From positions 1 to 55,725 of the IMG/VR virus record IMGVR_UViG_3300040808_001540: a stretch of DNA of 55,725 nucleotides. One strand, given 5' to 3'. Position numbers and translations under genes: made by a program. Under the pieces are notes generated by a model, which was not told where the DNA came from, did not search any database, and was given only the letters and a program-made list of their open reading frames with translations. The stretch is from a virus (Duplodnaviria; Caudoviricetes). This document shows, one piece after another, positions 1 through 10,410 of this stretch; the stretch's first letter is position 1; each line of letters opens with the position of its first letter.

Positions 1-1
1 A

Positions 2-1054
2 TACACAGAATACACTTACTTGGTAAACTGGTCAATGTGGGATATGAGTGTATACTGGGATGGCGGCAGTCTTAGTCCTGAATGGGATGATAGTTTAAAG
101 ACACCAGCAGGTATGTTGGCAAATAACCCATTAGGTTATGCATTGTTTAATACATACTTTGCTCCAGTGTTGAGCAAACCAAATTTTACCACAATAGAAA
201 GTATCTTTGGCGAAAATGACACAGGAGCATCAGGATATGTTGCTGATGTTGGAGGCGCTAGCCTTACAGGAAACTTTACAGTAGGCAGTTCAGAAACACT
301 AACACTTACTGTTACAGAAGATGCGGCAACTGAAGGAACTGAAACTTTTGCACTTGCACTAGATAATGGCGAAGCAAGTATTAATGTAACTATCAATGAC
401 ACAAGTGTTGAACCTGTTGCAACTTATGCCCTATCTTCTAGTGCAGATACAGTCAATGAAGGTAGTACATTTACAATTACGCTTTCAACTTCTAATGTTG
501 CAAATGGTACAAACGTTGCTTATACAATTACAGGCGTATCTAGTGCAGACATTAACAATGCAAGTTTAACCGGTGCGTTTAATATACAAAATAACACAAG
601 TCAATTAGTACTTCAAACAACAGCAGATTTAACAACCGAAGGCAATGAAATTTTAAATCTTGCTCTTGACAACGATGAAGATAATGTAAGTGTTACTATT
701 ACAGATTCAAGTCAAGGATCAGGAAATAGTTACAGTGCGTCAGTTACTGCACCAAGTAGTGCTTATTACTCGATATCAAATGGTAATGATAGAAACGGTC
801 CTGTATCAGGAAATAATGCTAGTTTTGCTGTAAATGATGGAGATATTATTACATTTAATGTCAACGTTAGCGGACATCCGTTTTATATTAAAACTACTCC
901 AGGAACAGGTACTGGTAATCAAGCATCTGGCGTGTCCGGACAAGGTAACACCAGTGGTGCAATCATATTAAATACAACTGGATACACAGGACAGACTTTA
1001 TACTATCAGTGCAGTTTACACAGTGGAATGTACGGAGCCATCACAATCACATAA
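2..1054 (+). CDS. 5'-truncated virion structural/appendage protein with Calx-beta/Ig-like repeats and a C-terminal cupredoxin-like domain
   Basis: Frame is open from position 2, so the start lies upstream of the window. Two copies of ASLTG.F...D..TEG.E...LALDN...VTI.D.S; C-terminal GHPFYIKT...LYYQCSLHSGM resembles type-1 copper ligands; Ser/Thr-rich. Confidence 0.6.
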   Translation, partial: YTEYTYLVNWSMWDMSVYWDGGSLSPEWDDSLKTPAGMLANNPLGYALFNTYFAPVLSKPNFTTIESIFGENDTGASGYVADVGGASLTGNFTVGSSETLTLTVTEDAATEGTETFALALDNGEASINVTINDTSVEPVATYALSSSADTVNEGSTFTITLSTSNVANGTNVAYTITGVSSADINNASLTGAFNIQNNTSQLVLQTTADLTTEGNEILNLALDNDEDNVSVTITDSSQGSGNSYSASVTAPSSAYYSISNGNDRNGPVSGNNASFAVNDGDIITFNVNVSGHPFYIKTTPGTGTGNQASGVSGQGNTSGAIILNTTGYTGQTLYYQCSLHSGMYGAITIT

Positions 1055-1058
1055 TATG

Positions 1059-1065
1059 GTAAATA
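1059..1065 (+). promoter_or_regulatory. T4-type late promoter (GTAAATA) for the 1940-aa protein
   Basis: TAAATA core in the short intergenic gap, followed by AGGA and ATG at 1089. Confidence 0.5.
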
Positions 1066-1088
1066 GTATAAGATAATAGGAAAAAAGC

Positions 1089-4000
1089 ATGGCAAGAACC
1101 AGAATAACAGATTTCGTTTTTACACCAGGTATTTCATACACAGGAAATAAATTCCCTAAGGCATGGGCATTATTTGATGCCAATATAGCATTTATGAAAG
1201 CAGAGGTGTCGGCTTATGTTGCCGCAAAAACACTAGAAGGTGCAGGTGACTGGGCAGGCTATACATATGATGCAGACAAATGTGCTAGAGATGTAGGCTA
1301 TATAATCGACGGGTATCAAAACGATTTACGTTATGGCGGTAACGAAAAAACTGTTAGTGTAGTTACAAAATATTGGGACGGTGATACTCCGCAAGTTGAT
1401 GGTTCAAGAACACCGGAAATTGAAACACATACTTTTTTACGTAATTTAATTCTGAATAATATTTTACTTAAAACAGTACAAAGTTCACCTTACCAACAAG
1501 CAACACCTCAGGTTACAACAGGAAATGATCCTGAAAGTGGTGCTGATACAAGATTACAAACACTTGCAAATATTACTATCGATGTTATTACAAGTGGTTT
1601 AGGTTCTATGCCGACAACAGAGTATAATGAATACTCTAGAATTAGAATACCACAAAGAATTTTGTTAGAAGATATTTTGTTAATTTCAAATGTTACAAGA
1701 GGCAAAGTATTATATAACTTTACTGACACAGCATTATTATCCGATGTTGAATATGTAAAATTTGATAGGGCCAATAGAGATTTTCAACAATTAGATTTTG
1801 AACACGATAGAGATTTTTACAATTATCTACAAAATAGTGATTATGTAACAACATTAAAATTATATGCTAATACTTCGACAGATCAATCAACTGATAATTT
1901 ACAAATCTTTGTTGACAAAGGAGAAACAATAACAAGACCTTTTGATTTTGGTACTGACGCTATTGAAAGACAACGTATTGCTACACCACTTTCGATGCTT
2001 GACGCTGACTTTGAGTATGGCCTACAGCCTACTAAATGGCAAGCAATTGGTATGCTTCGTGGGTATCCTTCGATTTATGAAATTCCAGGAACTGACACAA
2101 CAATATCTAATGTTACTTCAGACGTGTCAGCAGGTACAAACGGAGTTGGTCAATCATTAATTACAGTAACCACACTAGGACCACATGGATTCGATATTGG
2201 TACTCCTGTTACTATTAAAGGTTTAGAACCTAGCATAAAAGGCGCCCAAAGAGCAGAGGGCTCATTTATTATTACAGGGGTTCCTACTGAAAACACATTT
2301 ACATATTACGCAAAATCAAAAGTTGGTGTAACAAATCCAGAGGTATTATACACTCCGTATGTACAAGTGAGACAAGGTGGGTTTTATACCGGTGCTAATA
2401 TTTCAGAAGCACCAACATTTACAGTTACATCAAATGGTAGTTCAGGAAACTTTACCCTTGCATTAAGTACTCCAAGCGGTCAATCTAGATTGCCGTTTTA
2501 CGGTACTGTACCAGAACTAGGTGCTCCGCTAGATGATTTAGGTGCGGCATTTATTCCTACAGGTGCACAGGTTACTGGTGTTGTAGGCGACGGTAGTAAT
2601 CCAGTACTAACACTTGATGTTTCGGAAGATGCTCCTGCAGGGAGTAGCACTATTACAGTAGCAGATACAACAGGGTTGTTGCAGAACATGGCAATCGATG
2701 ATGACGGTGATGCAAACTTTATTCAAACTATTGCCGGACAACAGATTACACTGCTAAATGGAACCAGTGCAGAACTATCTGGAGATAATGTTAATTACAC
2801 AGGAGTTGAAGGTAACAATGTAAGTCCACAAGGTACAGGAGCAAGTTTTGATGTTACCCTTACTAATGGTACTTACAACGTTGTAGGTAATGCTCCTGGT
2901 AGCGGATATGAAATTGGCGATTATATTGTAATTGATGGTAGTTCAGTTGGCGGTCAAAGTGGTACACACGATATCGAAATACGTGTAACTGATAGTGATA
3001 CTCCAGGACAAGTTATTACTTTTGTTTTTAGTGGAACAGGATTTGACGGTGTTGCACAGTATGAAAATTTAGGTGGTACTACACTAGGTGGTAATGGTAC
3101 AGGTGCGGCATTTAACATTACAAAAAATGGTGTAAATTATACAGTTGAAATATTCAGTCCAAACGCTTCAACTGATTATAGAGTAGGCGACAGAATTAAT
3201 GTTCGTGGTTCTTTACTAGGCGGCCTTGATAGTACACACGACTGTTTGATTACTGTAAACAGTGTAGATAGTTTTGGTAACATTTTAACTATTACAGCAA
3301 GTGGTAGCAGTACAGATGCAAACGTAAACTATACTGGCCTAACATACACAACAACAGGTTCAGGTACACTTGCAGGTATTGATGTATTAAAAGATGCAAC
3401 AACATATACTGTTACATTACAAGACGGTGGTGTAAACTTTGCTACTACAGATACACTTACAATTAGCGGTGATCAACTAGGCGGTACAAGTCCTGCAAAT
3501 GATTTAACACTAACTGTTACTGCTGTCGATGTAAACGGAACAATTACAGCGTTTACTGAGTCAGGTACTGGTTTAAACAGTCAAACTTATGAAAGCCAAA
3601 GTGGTGATAATTTAGTTGGTACTGGAGCAATTTTTAATATTGCAACTAGTGGAGGAAACTATACTGGAACAGTAGTTGACGGTGGTGAAGGTTATGCAAC
3701 AGGTGATGAGATTGTAATTCTTGGTAGTGACCTAGGTGGTACTAGTCCAGATAACGATGCTACTATGACAGTCGCAGGTGCTGTTGATAGTATTGGTGGT
3801 ATTATTAATGTTACTGGCAGTGGTAATGCTGTTTCAGGAAATGGAGAATTTACAGGCGTTGAAGGATTTAACGAATCTCCAAGCGGTAATGGAGCAAGTT
3901 TTGATGTTAACAGAAATCTCGGAGTGTATACAATTAACGCTGTTGCAACAGCAGGTACTGGATATAAAGTAGGAAATAGAATAGTGTTATCAGGACAAAA

Positions 4001-6911
4001 CTTAGGTGGTCAAAGTCCTGCAAATGATTTAACTGTTACTGTCGACAGCGTAGATACAAATGGCGAAATTTTAACAACGTCAAATTCAGGATCAGCGGCA
4101 CAGGGTAGCCAATTAACAGTGTATAGTACTGTAAGTATGAGTGAATCGACGACTGGATTATTGCCACAAGGCACAACAATCGATTTTGATGCACTTGCAA
4201 CAATTAGTGTATCATTTGGTAGTCCACACGGATTAGTACCAGGGTCAACATTTATTGTTAGTGTTGCTTCTGACAACGGAACAAACAATCACTATCTAGC
4301 GGCAGGATCATTTATAGCAACATCTGTAAGTGCTTTAGATCAAATATCATATCAAGCATTATCGGTAGGTAATATTTCAACTGGTACAAACAATGATGAA
4401 CCTATACAAGGTACAGTTTATCCAAGACCAGATGCATTCTTCTTGCATAGACCATTTGACGGTGGTGTACAATTAGGTACTGGTTCTCCTGTACATGGTG
4501 CACAAGCAATACGTCAAAGTAAAAAATATATTAGATACCAGTCAGGTAAAGGTATTATGTACACAACTGGTGCTTTATTTGCACCAAGTTATGACTTATT
4601 AAGTATTACAGCAGGCGGTACAGCAGTTGGTAGTGTTATTACAGTAACTACTGACGATGTAGATCATGGGTTACAAGTTGGTGCTGGCATTAGATTAAAA
4701 GGCATTGTAACACCAGGTTACGATGGAAATTATAATGTAGATAGTATTGTTGATGAACGTCAATTTACAATAAGAGCAAAATATATACTAGGTGATACTA
4801 CTGCAACTCTTACAGATAACCCGCAAGTACAAACACGTACATGGCACGGGTCTGTGGTAAGAGCAGGTACATATGATGATCAAAATGGTATTTTCTTTGA
4901 ATACAATGGTAAGCACTTGTATTGTGTACAACGTAGTGCAACTTTCCAACTTTCGGGAACATGTACAGCATACAGAGATCAAAACGAAATTACTGGTTCA
5001 AATACAAGATTCCAAGATCAATTAAGTGTAGGTGACAGAGTTGTTATACGTGGTATGACACACGTTGTTACTAAAGTTAATAACCAGTCAAGCATTAACG
5101 TTTCACCAGACTTTAGAGGTGTAACTAATATTTCAGGTGCTAAGATGGCCAAGGTTGTTGATAAAAAAGCACGTCAAGGACAGTGGAACAGAGATAACTG
5201 TGATGGAACAGGCAAATCAGGATACGATCTTGATGTAACATACATGCAGATGATCGGGATTCAATATTCATGGTATGGTGCTGGTTTTATTGATTACATG
5301 TTCAGAGGTAGTGATGGTAACTTTATCATGGCACACAGAATGCGTAACTCAAACATTAACACAGAAGCGTATATGCGTACTGGTAACCAACCTGTGCGTT
5401 ATGAAGTTATTAATGAAAGTGCTATTGGTAAACTAAAATCAAATATTGGAGTTGCTGATGCATCAATTGAACTAGAAGATGCAAGTGATTTTCCAGATGA
5501 TGGTGGTACAATTTACATTGACAACGAACTTGTTACGTATACTGGAATAACAGGAAATACTCTAACAGGCTGTACACGTGAAGCACCATTACAGCAGTTT
5601 GCTTCAGGTGCAACTAGAACATACACAGCAGGACCTACGGCGACACACGCGGCTAAAACCGGACTAGTACTTGTAAGTAATACTACAACACCAATTATCC
5701 AACACTGGGGTTCTTCGTTTATTACAGACGGCGGCTTTGACAGTGATAGAGGTTTCTTGTTTAGTTACGCGGCGACCGGTGTTGCATTTGGTACTACACC
5801 ATTTACATCATTCCTAATTAGACTTGCACCAAGTGTTAGTAATGCACTTGTAGGTGATTTAGGTGAAAGAGAATTAATTAATAGAGCACAGTTGCTACTA
5901 GAAGGTTTGGAAATTACCACAGAACCTAATGCTAGTGGGCAAACAGGTAACATTGTTGTAACAGGAGTTTTAAACCCACAAAACTATCCTGCTAACCCAG
6001 ACGATATTGGTTGGCAAGGATTAACAGGTGTTGCACAGGGTGGTCAGCCAAGTTTCGCACAGATTGCACCAGGTGGATCGGTTAACTGGAACTCAGGTGC
6101 GGTTACACTAACAAGGGCCGCAACTACACTTGCACCAATTACAGAAACGATTGTTGCTATTGATAGAGGATATAGAAGTAATAACGATTATTGGGATAAT
6201 ACTATTAGACAAGGTAGAAATTTATTCTTTGTTACAGAAGCCTTTTATCAAGCAAACACAGATTTATTTGAATTAGGTACAGAGGTTGGCGATGGAATAA
6301 ACTTTTCATCAGGAACAACAATTACACAGGTTGGAAGTTGGACAACAGGTAGTGCTGGTTCAGGAACACTAAGACCAATTTATGTTTCAAGTAACGGTTT
6401 AAGAAACGTACCAATTGGTAATGTTAACTTAACATTTACAAAAACATTTAAAAATCCACCAACTTCAGAAATTTGGTTTACAAAAGCAAGTTGGGAATCA
6501 GCCGGTGCTACCCAAGGTACGTCAGTTGCATCAAGTGAAACTAGATTTCCTGCAAATACATCAGTATCAAGTGTATCATTAGAAAGTTATGGTTCAACAG
6601 AATACTATAAAGTACAGTTTTCTCAGAGTACTGATGCTAGTACACTTACCAAAGGCACAGATACAGTAACGTTTGACTTTACACAACCACCGTATGCACA
6701 GCCGGGTGAAACAATCTTTGGTTTTGTTGCTAGACCGGGAGAAAGATCAACGCTAGATTTATCATTCATTAAAGAATTAACCAATACCACACTAGGTGGA
6801 AGAGGTACATTCCCTAATGGTCCAGACGTGTTGGCACTGAACGTGTATAAAACATCCGGTACTGACGTTACAGGGGAAATTATTCTACGTTGGTCAGAGG
6901 CACAAGCATAA
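1089..6911 (+). CDS. Large virion structural protein (tail fibre/baseplate appendage, 1940 aa) with internal repeats
   Basis: Gly/Thr/Ser-rich beta-type sequence; N-terminal KCARDVGYIID...DLRYGGN motif of the kind seen in marine myophage structural proteins; five tandem ~85-90 aa repeats; three TV....HG...G..I..G modules. Confidence 0.75.
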   Translation: MARTRITDFVFTPGISYTGNKFPKAWALFDANIAFMKAEVSAYVAAKTLEGAGDWAGYTYDADKCARDVGYIIDGYQNDLRYGGNEKTVSVVTKYWDGDTPQVDGSRTPEIETHTFLRNLILNNILLKTVQSSPYQQATPQVTTGNDPESGADTRLQTLANITIDVITSGLGSMPTTEYNEYSRIRIPQRILLEDILLISNVTRGKVLYNFTDTALLSDVEYVKFDRANRDFQQLDFEHDRDFYNYLQNSDYVTTLKLYANTSTDQSTDNLQIFVDKGETITRPFDFGTDAIERQRIATPLSMLDADFEYGLQPTKWQAIGMLRGYPSIYEIPGTDTTISNVTSDVSAGTNGVGQSLITVTTLGPHGFDIGTPVTIKGLEPSIKGAQRAEGSFIITGVPTENTFTYYAKSKVGVTNPEVLYTPYVQVRQGGFYTGANISEAPTFTVTSNGSSGNFTLALSTPSGQSRLPFYGTVPELGAPLDDLGAAFIPTGAQVTGVVGDGSNPVLTLDVSEDAPAGSSTITVADTTGLLQNMAIDDDGDANFIQTIAGQQITLLNGTSAELSGDNVNYTGVEGNNVSPQGTGASFDVTLTNGTYNVVGNAPGSGYEIGDYIVIDGSSVGGQSGTHDIEIRVTDSDTPGQVITFVFSGTGFDGVAQYENLGGTTLGGNGTGAAFNITKNGVNYTVEIFSPNASTDYRVGDRINVRGSLLGGLDSTHDCLITVNSVDSFGNILTITASGSSTDANVNYTGLTYTTTGSGTLAGIDVLKDATTYTVTLQDGGVNFATTDTLTISGDQLGGTSPANDLTLTVTAVDVNGTITAFTESGTGLNSQTYESQSGDNLVGTGAIFNIATSGGNYTGTVVDGGEGYATGDEIVILGSDLGGTSPDNDATMTVAGAVDSIGGIINVTGSGNAVSGNGEFTGVEGFNESPSGNGASFDVNRNLGVYTINAVATAGTGYKVGNRIVLSGQNLGGQSPANDLTVTVDSVDTNGEILTTSNSGSAAQGSQLTVYSTVSMSESTTGLLPQGTTIDFDALATISVSFGSPHGLVPGSTFIVSVASDNGTNNHYLAAGSFIATSVSALDQISYQALSVGNISTGTNNDEPIQGTVYPRPDAFFLHRPFDGGVQLGTGSPVHGAQAIRQSKKYIRYQSGKGIMYTTGALFAPSYDLLSITAGGTAVGSVITVTTDDVDHGLQVGAGIRLKGIVTPGYDGNYNVDSIVDERQFTIRAKYILGDTTATLTDNPQVQTRTWHGSVVRAGTYDDQNGIFFEYNGKHLYCVQRSATFQLSGTCTAYRDQNEITGSNTRFQDQLSVGDRVVIRGMTHVVTKVNNQSSINVSPDFRGVTNISGAKMAKVVDKKARQGQWNRDNCDGTGKSGYDLDVTYMQMIGIQYSWYGAGFIDYMFRGSDGNFIMAHRMRNSNINTEAYMRTGNQPVRYEVINESAIGKLKSNIGVADASIELEDASDFPDDGGTIYIDNELVTYTGITGNTLTGCTREAPLQQFASGATRTYTAGPTATHAAKTGLVLVSNTTTPIIQHWGSSFITDGGFDSDRGFLFSYAATGVAFGTTPFTSFLIRLAPSVSNALVGDLGERELINRAQLLLEGLEITTEPNASGQTGNIVVTGVLNPQNYPANPDDIGWQGLTGVAQGGQPSFAQIAPGGSVNWNSGAVTLTRAATTLAPITETIVAIDRGYRSNNDYWDNTIRQGRNLFFVTEAFYQANTDLFELGTEVGDGINFSSGTTITQVGSWTTGSAGSGTLRPIYVSSNGLRNVPIGNVNLTFTKTFKNPPTSEIWFTKASWESAGATQGTSVASSETRFPANTSVSSVSLESYGSTEYYKVQFSQSTDASTLTKGTDTVTFDFTQPPYAQPGETIFGFVARPGERSTLDLSFIKELTNTTLGGRGTFPNGPDVLALNVYKTSGTDVTGEIILRWSEAQA
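2832..4110 (+). repeat. Five tandem protein-level repeats (~85-90 aa) within the 1940-aa protein
   Basis: Consensus G(T/N)GA.F.V....Y.V...G.GY..GD.I.I.G..LGG.SP.ND..ITV..VD..G.I seen five times; boundaries approximate. Confidence 0.8.
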
Positions 6912-7036
6912 TGGAAATCACAGCAGATCTAATTAGAGCAATGAACGAAACATCGTGGGTAGATGGTATTGGTACTATTGTTGTACTATTATTAGCCTAT
7001 GCGGCTTATCGTTGGATTAAAAATAAGACTAAGTAG
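6911..7036 (+). CDS. 41-aa single-pass membrane protein (not in ORF track)
   Basis: ATG overlaps the TAA of the upstream gene (TAATG); MEITADLIRAMNETSWVDGIGTIVVLLLAYAAYRWIKNKTK has a hydrophobic helix and a basic tail. Confidence 0.6.
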   Translation: MEITADLIRAMNETSWVDGIGTIVVLLLAYAAYRWIKNKTK

Positions 7037-7418
7037 TTTTATCTTCTTCTTTTTGTGAATCACCAGGAATAATTCTATAATTATCTTCTACACTATCTGG
7101 TGTACTTACTTCTGTAAGACTAGAGTTGTCTTCTAGTGCTTCTAATTGGTGTGGCATTAGTGGAGGATTTCTCCAAACATCTCCAGGTCCTAATTCTTTT
7201 GTAAACATTACTGCTTTTGTTGTATCCACATAACGAAGTAAAAATTTACCATTGTTAATAAACCAAGTTTCATCTTTTTCTTTATGAAAATGCATTGAAA
7301 ATTTTGCACCTTTCTTTTCAAAGAAAAGTATTTTCCCGCAGTATTTGTCATTAGTAGCAAAGATTAGTTCATATCCCCAACCTTTATCTACTTTTCCACT
7401 TAGTCTATTAGTAGGCAT
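7029..7418 (-). CDS. Cupin-fold protein (mannose-6-phosphate isomerase/sugar isomerase-like)
   Basis: KGWGYE, SMHFHKEKDETW, PHQL and EVST cupin metal motifs; adjacent to heptose genes. Confidence 0.75.
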   Translation of the reverse strand: MPTNRLSGKVDKGWGYELIFATNDKYCGKILFFEKKGAKFSMHFHKEKDETWFINNGKFLLRYVDTTKAVMFTKELGPGDVWRNPPLMPHQLEALEDNSSLTEVSTPDSVEDNYRIIPGDSQKEEDKTT

Positions 7419-8244
7419 TAATGTATTCCTTAACTGTCATATAGTCTTCTATTTTACAATGTTTATTTAAATTTGTCAAGTCTGCACAAGTATATTCTTG
7501 ATATTGTCCTTTTAATTTTTCTGGCATGGGAATAGTTTCAATAGTTGCCCCAAACTTACTGGCAATAGTATCAGCAACACTTTGGAAACTTGTAGTTGTT
7601 CCTGTACCAACATTAAATATTCCGCTAGTATCTTGTGAAAGCATTTTTTCGTGTACTCTACATACATCACTTACACAAATAAAATCTCTAACATAGTTGT
7701 CGCTGTTTTCAAAAACTTTTATCACTTTATCTTTTTTGGCTTGTTCAGTAAATTTGTGTACAGGACTTGCTTGGTCACCTTTGTGTTCTTCTTTTGGCCC
7801 ATATACATTAAAGTACCTAAACGCTTGAATGTTCATGTTAAACTCTTTATTGTAGATACCTGCTTCAACTAAAAATCTGTCAATAAGATACTTGCTCCAT
7901 GCATAAGGACTTTGTGGTAAACATTTACTATCTTCTTTGTATCCGTCTAAACCTGGACCATACACACTAGCAGAACTTGCTATTTGCATGTTAACACCAA
8001 ACTTATCACATATTTGAATTAGATTCATTGTGAATTCGTAATTTTGTTTAAGCACTTTTTCCACATCTGTTTCTGTTGTAGAACTAATAGCACCTAGGTG
8101 TATTACCCAATCAAATTTTTCTGGATTAGGTAAAACGTCAGGTCCCTTCCAATCAAAGCCTTCAATACTATGTCCGCGGTCAACTAGATAAAATGCTAGA
8201 TTTTGACCGATGAACCCAGCGTCTCCTGTCATTAATATATTCAT
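7408..8244 (-). CDS. hldD: ADP-L-glycero-D-manno-heptose 6-epimerase (extended SDR)
   Basis: TGDAGFIG, HLGAISSTTE, ASSASVYG, YAWSK, RYFNVYGP.E.HKG.QAS, RDFI, NVGTG, YQEYTCAD match HldD/RfaD motifs. Confidence 0.9.
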   Translation of the reverse strand: MNILMTGDAGFIGQNLAFYLVDRGHSIEGFDWKGPDVLPNPEKFDWVIHLGAISSTTETDVEKVLKQNYEFTMNLIQICDKFGVNMQIASSASVYGPGLDGYKEDSKCLPQSPYAWSKYLIDRFLVEAGIYNKEFNMNIQAFRYFNVYGPKEEHKGDQASPVHKFTEQAKKDKVIKVFENSDNYVRDFICVSDVCRVHEKMLSQDTSGIFNVGTGTTTSFQSVADTIASKFGATIETIPMPEKLKGQYQEYTCADLTNLNKHCKIEDYMTVKEYINAY

Positions 8245-8732
8245 GTAGCAAAGTCCACCATAAAACTTCTTCTAGGTTCTTTAGCAGGATATACTCCGTG
8301 CCATACGTCCCAGTTCATCAAAATTAATTTGCCTGGTTCAGGCTTAAATGTTCTATGAACATCATCATATATAGTATACATTAAACCGTTTAATGTTGTC
8401 AACTTGTCTTCTTCGGGTTGTGTATCAAAATATAAAATTGTAGCAACACTATCTTGGTTATGTCTATGTAATGTTTGATATCCAAAATCTCTATAATATA
8501 CACCCCAGATGTTTAATATCTTTCCAAAATTCCAATTAGGTATAATACTTTGTATTGCTTTGTTGTAGTCTTCTTTTATTTTCCAATCAAACGCATTAGG
8601 TATACCTGGTTGTCCAATATCAAATCCTACAGTAGTACTATCTGTGTTGTAATTTTCTTTGTTCTTTTCTGACCATTCATTATAAATTTCCTCGTAGTCT
8701 TTCCAGTTAGGCAAATAGGCTTCGACAATCAT
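8241..8732 (-). CDS. Putative 2OG-Fe(II) oxygenase
   Basis: WGVYY....Q..HRH, PEPGKLIL...VWHGVYP....RRS pattern of double-stranded beta-helix oxygenases. Confidence 0.6.
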   Translation of the reverse strand: MIVEAYLPNWKDYEEIYNEWSEKNKENYNTDSTTVGFDIGQPGIPNAFDWKIKEDYNKAIQSIIPNWNFGKILNIWGVYYRDFGYQTLHRHNQDSVATILYFDTQPEEDKLTTLNGLMYTIYDDVHRTFKPEPGKLILMNWDVWHGVYPAKEPRRSFMVDFAT

Positions 8733-9967
8733 TCTTTGATCCTTCCTATAATATCTGTTGTGCTATGACCTTGAATTGTAGGAAATATTTTTACTTCTGC
8801 TAATTCATGACCAACTGTTGTTTCTCTTGTATAGTCACCGCCTTTTACAATAATATCAGGTCTAATATTTTCTAAAATTTCTTGAGGCGTATCTTCTGCA
8901 AATACAACAACTTCATCTACCCACGGTAGCATTTCTAATTGACGTTTTCGTGTTACAAAATCATTTACAGGTCGTCCATCGCCCTTTAAACGCCTTACAC
9001 TTTCGTCATCATTAATACCTACAATTAGTTTTTGTCCTAAATTTTTAGCATACTTTAGTAGTTCTAAATGTCCTGGGTGTAGTATATCAAACACACCATT
9101 TGTCCATACAACGCCTCTATACAAGTCTTCAAAACTTACAGGATGTACTCCTCTTTTTTCAACATTTCTAGCACTTGCATAACAGGCTAATTTACAACTA
9201 TCTTGAATATTCATGTTTTTAATAACATGGCCGTATACTAACACTGCTAAAAAAGTATCTCCTGCACCAGTAACATCTGCAACTTCTCTAACATCTTCTT
9301 TAAAATGCCAGTGATCTTTTTTGTTTATAACATGCACACCGTTTGCACCATCAGTAACAACCAACCATTCCCAGTTAAATTGAACTAGATGTTGCTTTGC
9401 TTTTGCAATGTCAAACTCTCCAAACCAACTGTTATATTCAGACATATTAGGTTTTACTAAAAAACAATCTTTGTACATTTGTGGCATTTGTTTTGGATCT
9501 ACAAACACTTTTACATCTTTTAAACTGTTCATTAGTTCTAGATCAATAACACCTTTATTGTAATCACTTACTACAACTACATCATTATTATTAACATTAA
9601 GTGATTTCTTTGTGTCACCTTGATAGTGTGTTTCTCTATCCCAACGTAGGATATGTTGACCACCTTGACCTACAAGCCTAGTTTTTGTTGTTGTTAATTC
9701 ATTATCAAATGAAACATTACTGGTCAGTGTATTACAGTCTTTTAGTAATTCAATGACTTTATAACCTTCTTTGTCACTACCTACTGCACCATGTAAACTA
9801 ACGTCTACGCTTAAATTTGCAAGGTTTAAAGCAAGATTTCCTGCACCACCTACACTGTATTCTTGTGATTGTTCTTTTAGTACAGGTACGGGTGCTTCTG
9901 GACTCATTCTATCTGCTGAGCCGAGAATCCAACGATCAAGCATTATATCGCCAATTACTTTAATCAT
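8729..9967 (-). CDS. hldE: Bifunctional heptose-7-phosphate kinase / heptose-1-phosphate nucleotidyltransferase
   Basis: PfkB domain (GDIMLD, RMSPEAPVPV, GGAGN, SDYNKG, DVTGAGDT) fused to TNGVFDILHPGH...GINDDESVRRLKG..RP...KGGDY domain. Confidence 0.93.
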   Translation of the reverse strand: MIKVIGDIMLDRWILGSADRMSPEAPVPVLKEQSQEYSVGGAGNLALNLANLSVDVSLHGAVGSDKEGYKVIELLKDCNTLTSNVSFDNELTTTKTRLVGQGGQHILRWDRETHYQGDTKKSLNVNNNDVVVVSDYNKGVIDLELMNSLKDVKVFVDPKQMPQMYKDCFLVKPNMSEYNSWFGEFDIAKAKQHLVQFNWEWLVVTDGANGVHVINKKDHWHFKEDVREVADVTGAGDTFLAVLVYGHVIKNMNIQDSCKLACYASARNVEKRGVHPVSFEDLYRGVVWTNGVFDILHPGHLELLKYAKNLGQKLIVGINDDESVRRLKGDGRPVNDFVTRKRQLEMLPWVDEVVVFAEDTPQEILENIRPDIIVKGGDYTRETTVGHELAEVKIFPTIQGHSTTDIIGRIKE

Positions 9968-10410
9968 AAACTTTTTACTATTTCTACTATTGTGTCAATC
10001 TTGGTTTGATTTACTTTATTTTGAAGGGTATTACGTAATCCAACGTGCAACGGTTTTGGATAATCTTTTGCGTTTGTCCAAGCATAACCGCTATGTTCTT
10101 CATTTAGTACAGGAATAAACTCTTTTTCAACAATTACAACATACGTATGAAAAAAGAATTTTTGATCTTTGGATGTGAATAATTCTAATGGAATAATTTT
10201 TTCAAATTTTGGAGTTTCACCAATTTCTTCTTTGATTTCACGTTCGAGTGCTTTCCAAGGTGTTTCACCTTCTTCACTCATACCACCAACTAGGCCCCAT
10301 TGGCCTGCTGTTTTATGTTTTGTTCTTTGTAGAAATAAAAATTTGCCGGTGCTTTTTGCAAAAAATAATGCACCACTACAAATTATGTCTTTTACAGGAC
10401 TAGTCTCCAT
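9964..10410 (-). CDS. NUDIX hydrolase
   Basis: Nudix box GGMSEEGETPWKALEREIKEEIG; LNEEH.GYAW. Confidence 0.9.
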   Translation of the reverse strand: METSPVKDIICSGALFFAKSTGKFLFLQRTKHKTAGQWGLVGGMSEEGETPWKALEREIKEEIGETPKFEKIIPLELFTSKDQKFFFHTYVVIVEKEFIPVLNEEHSGYAWTNAKDYPKPLHVGLRNTLQNKVNQTKIDTIVEIVKSL

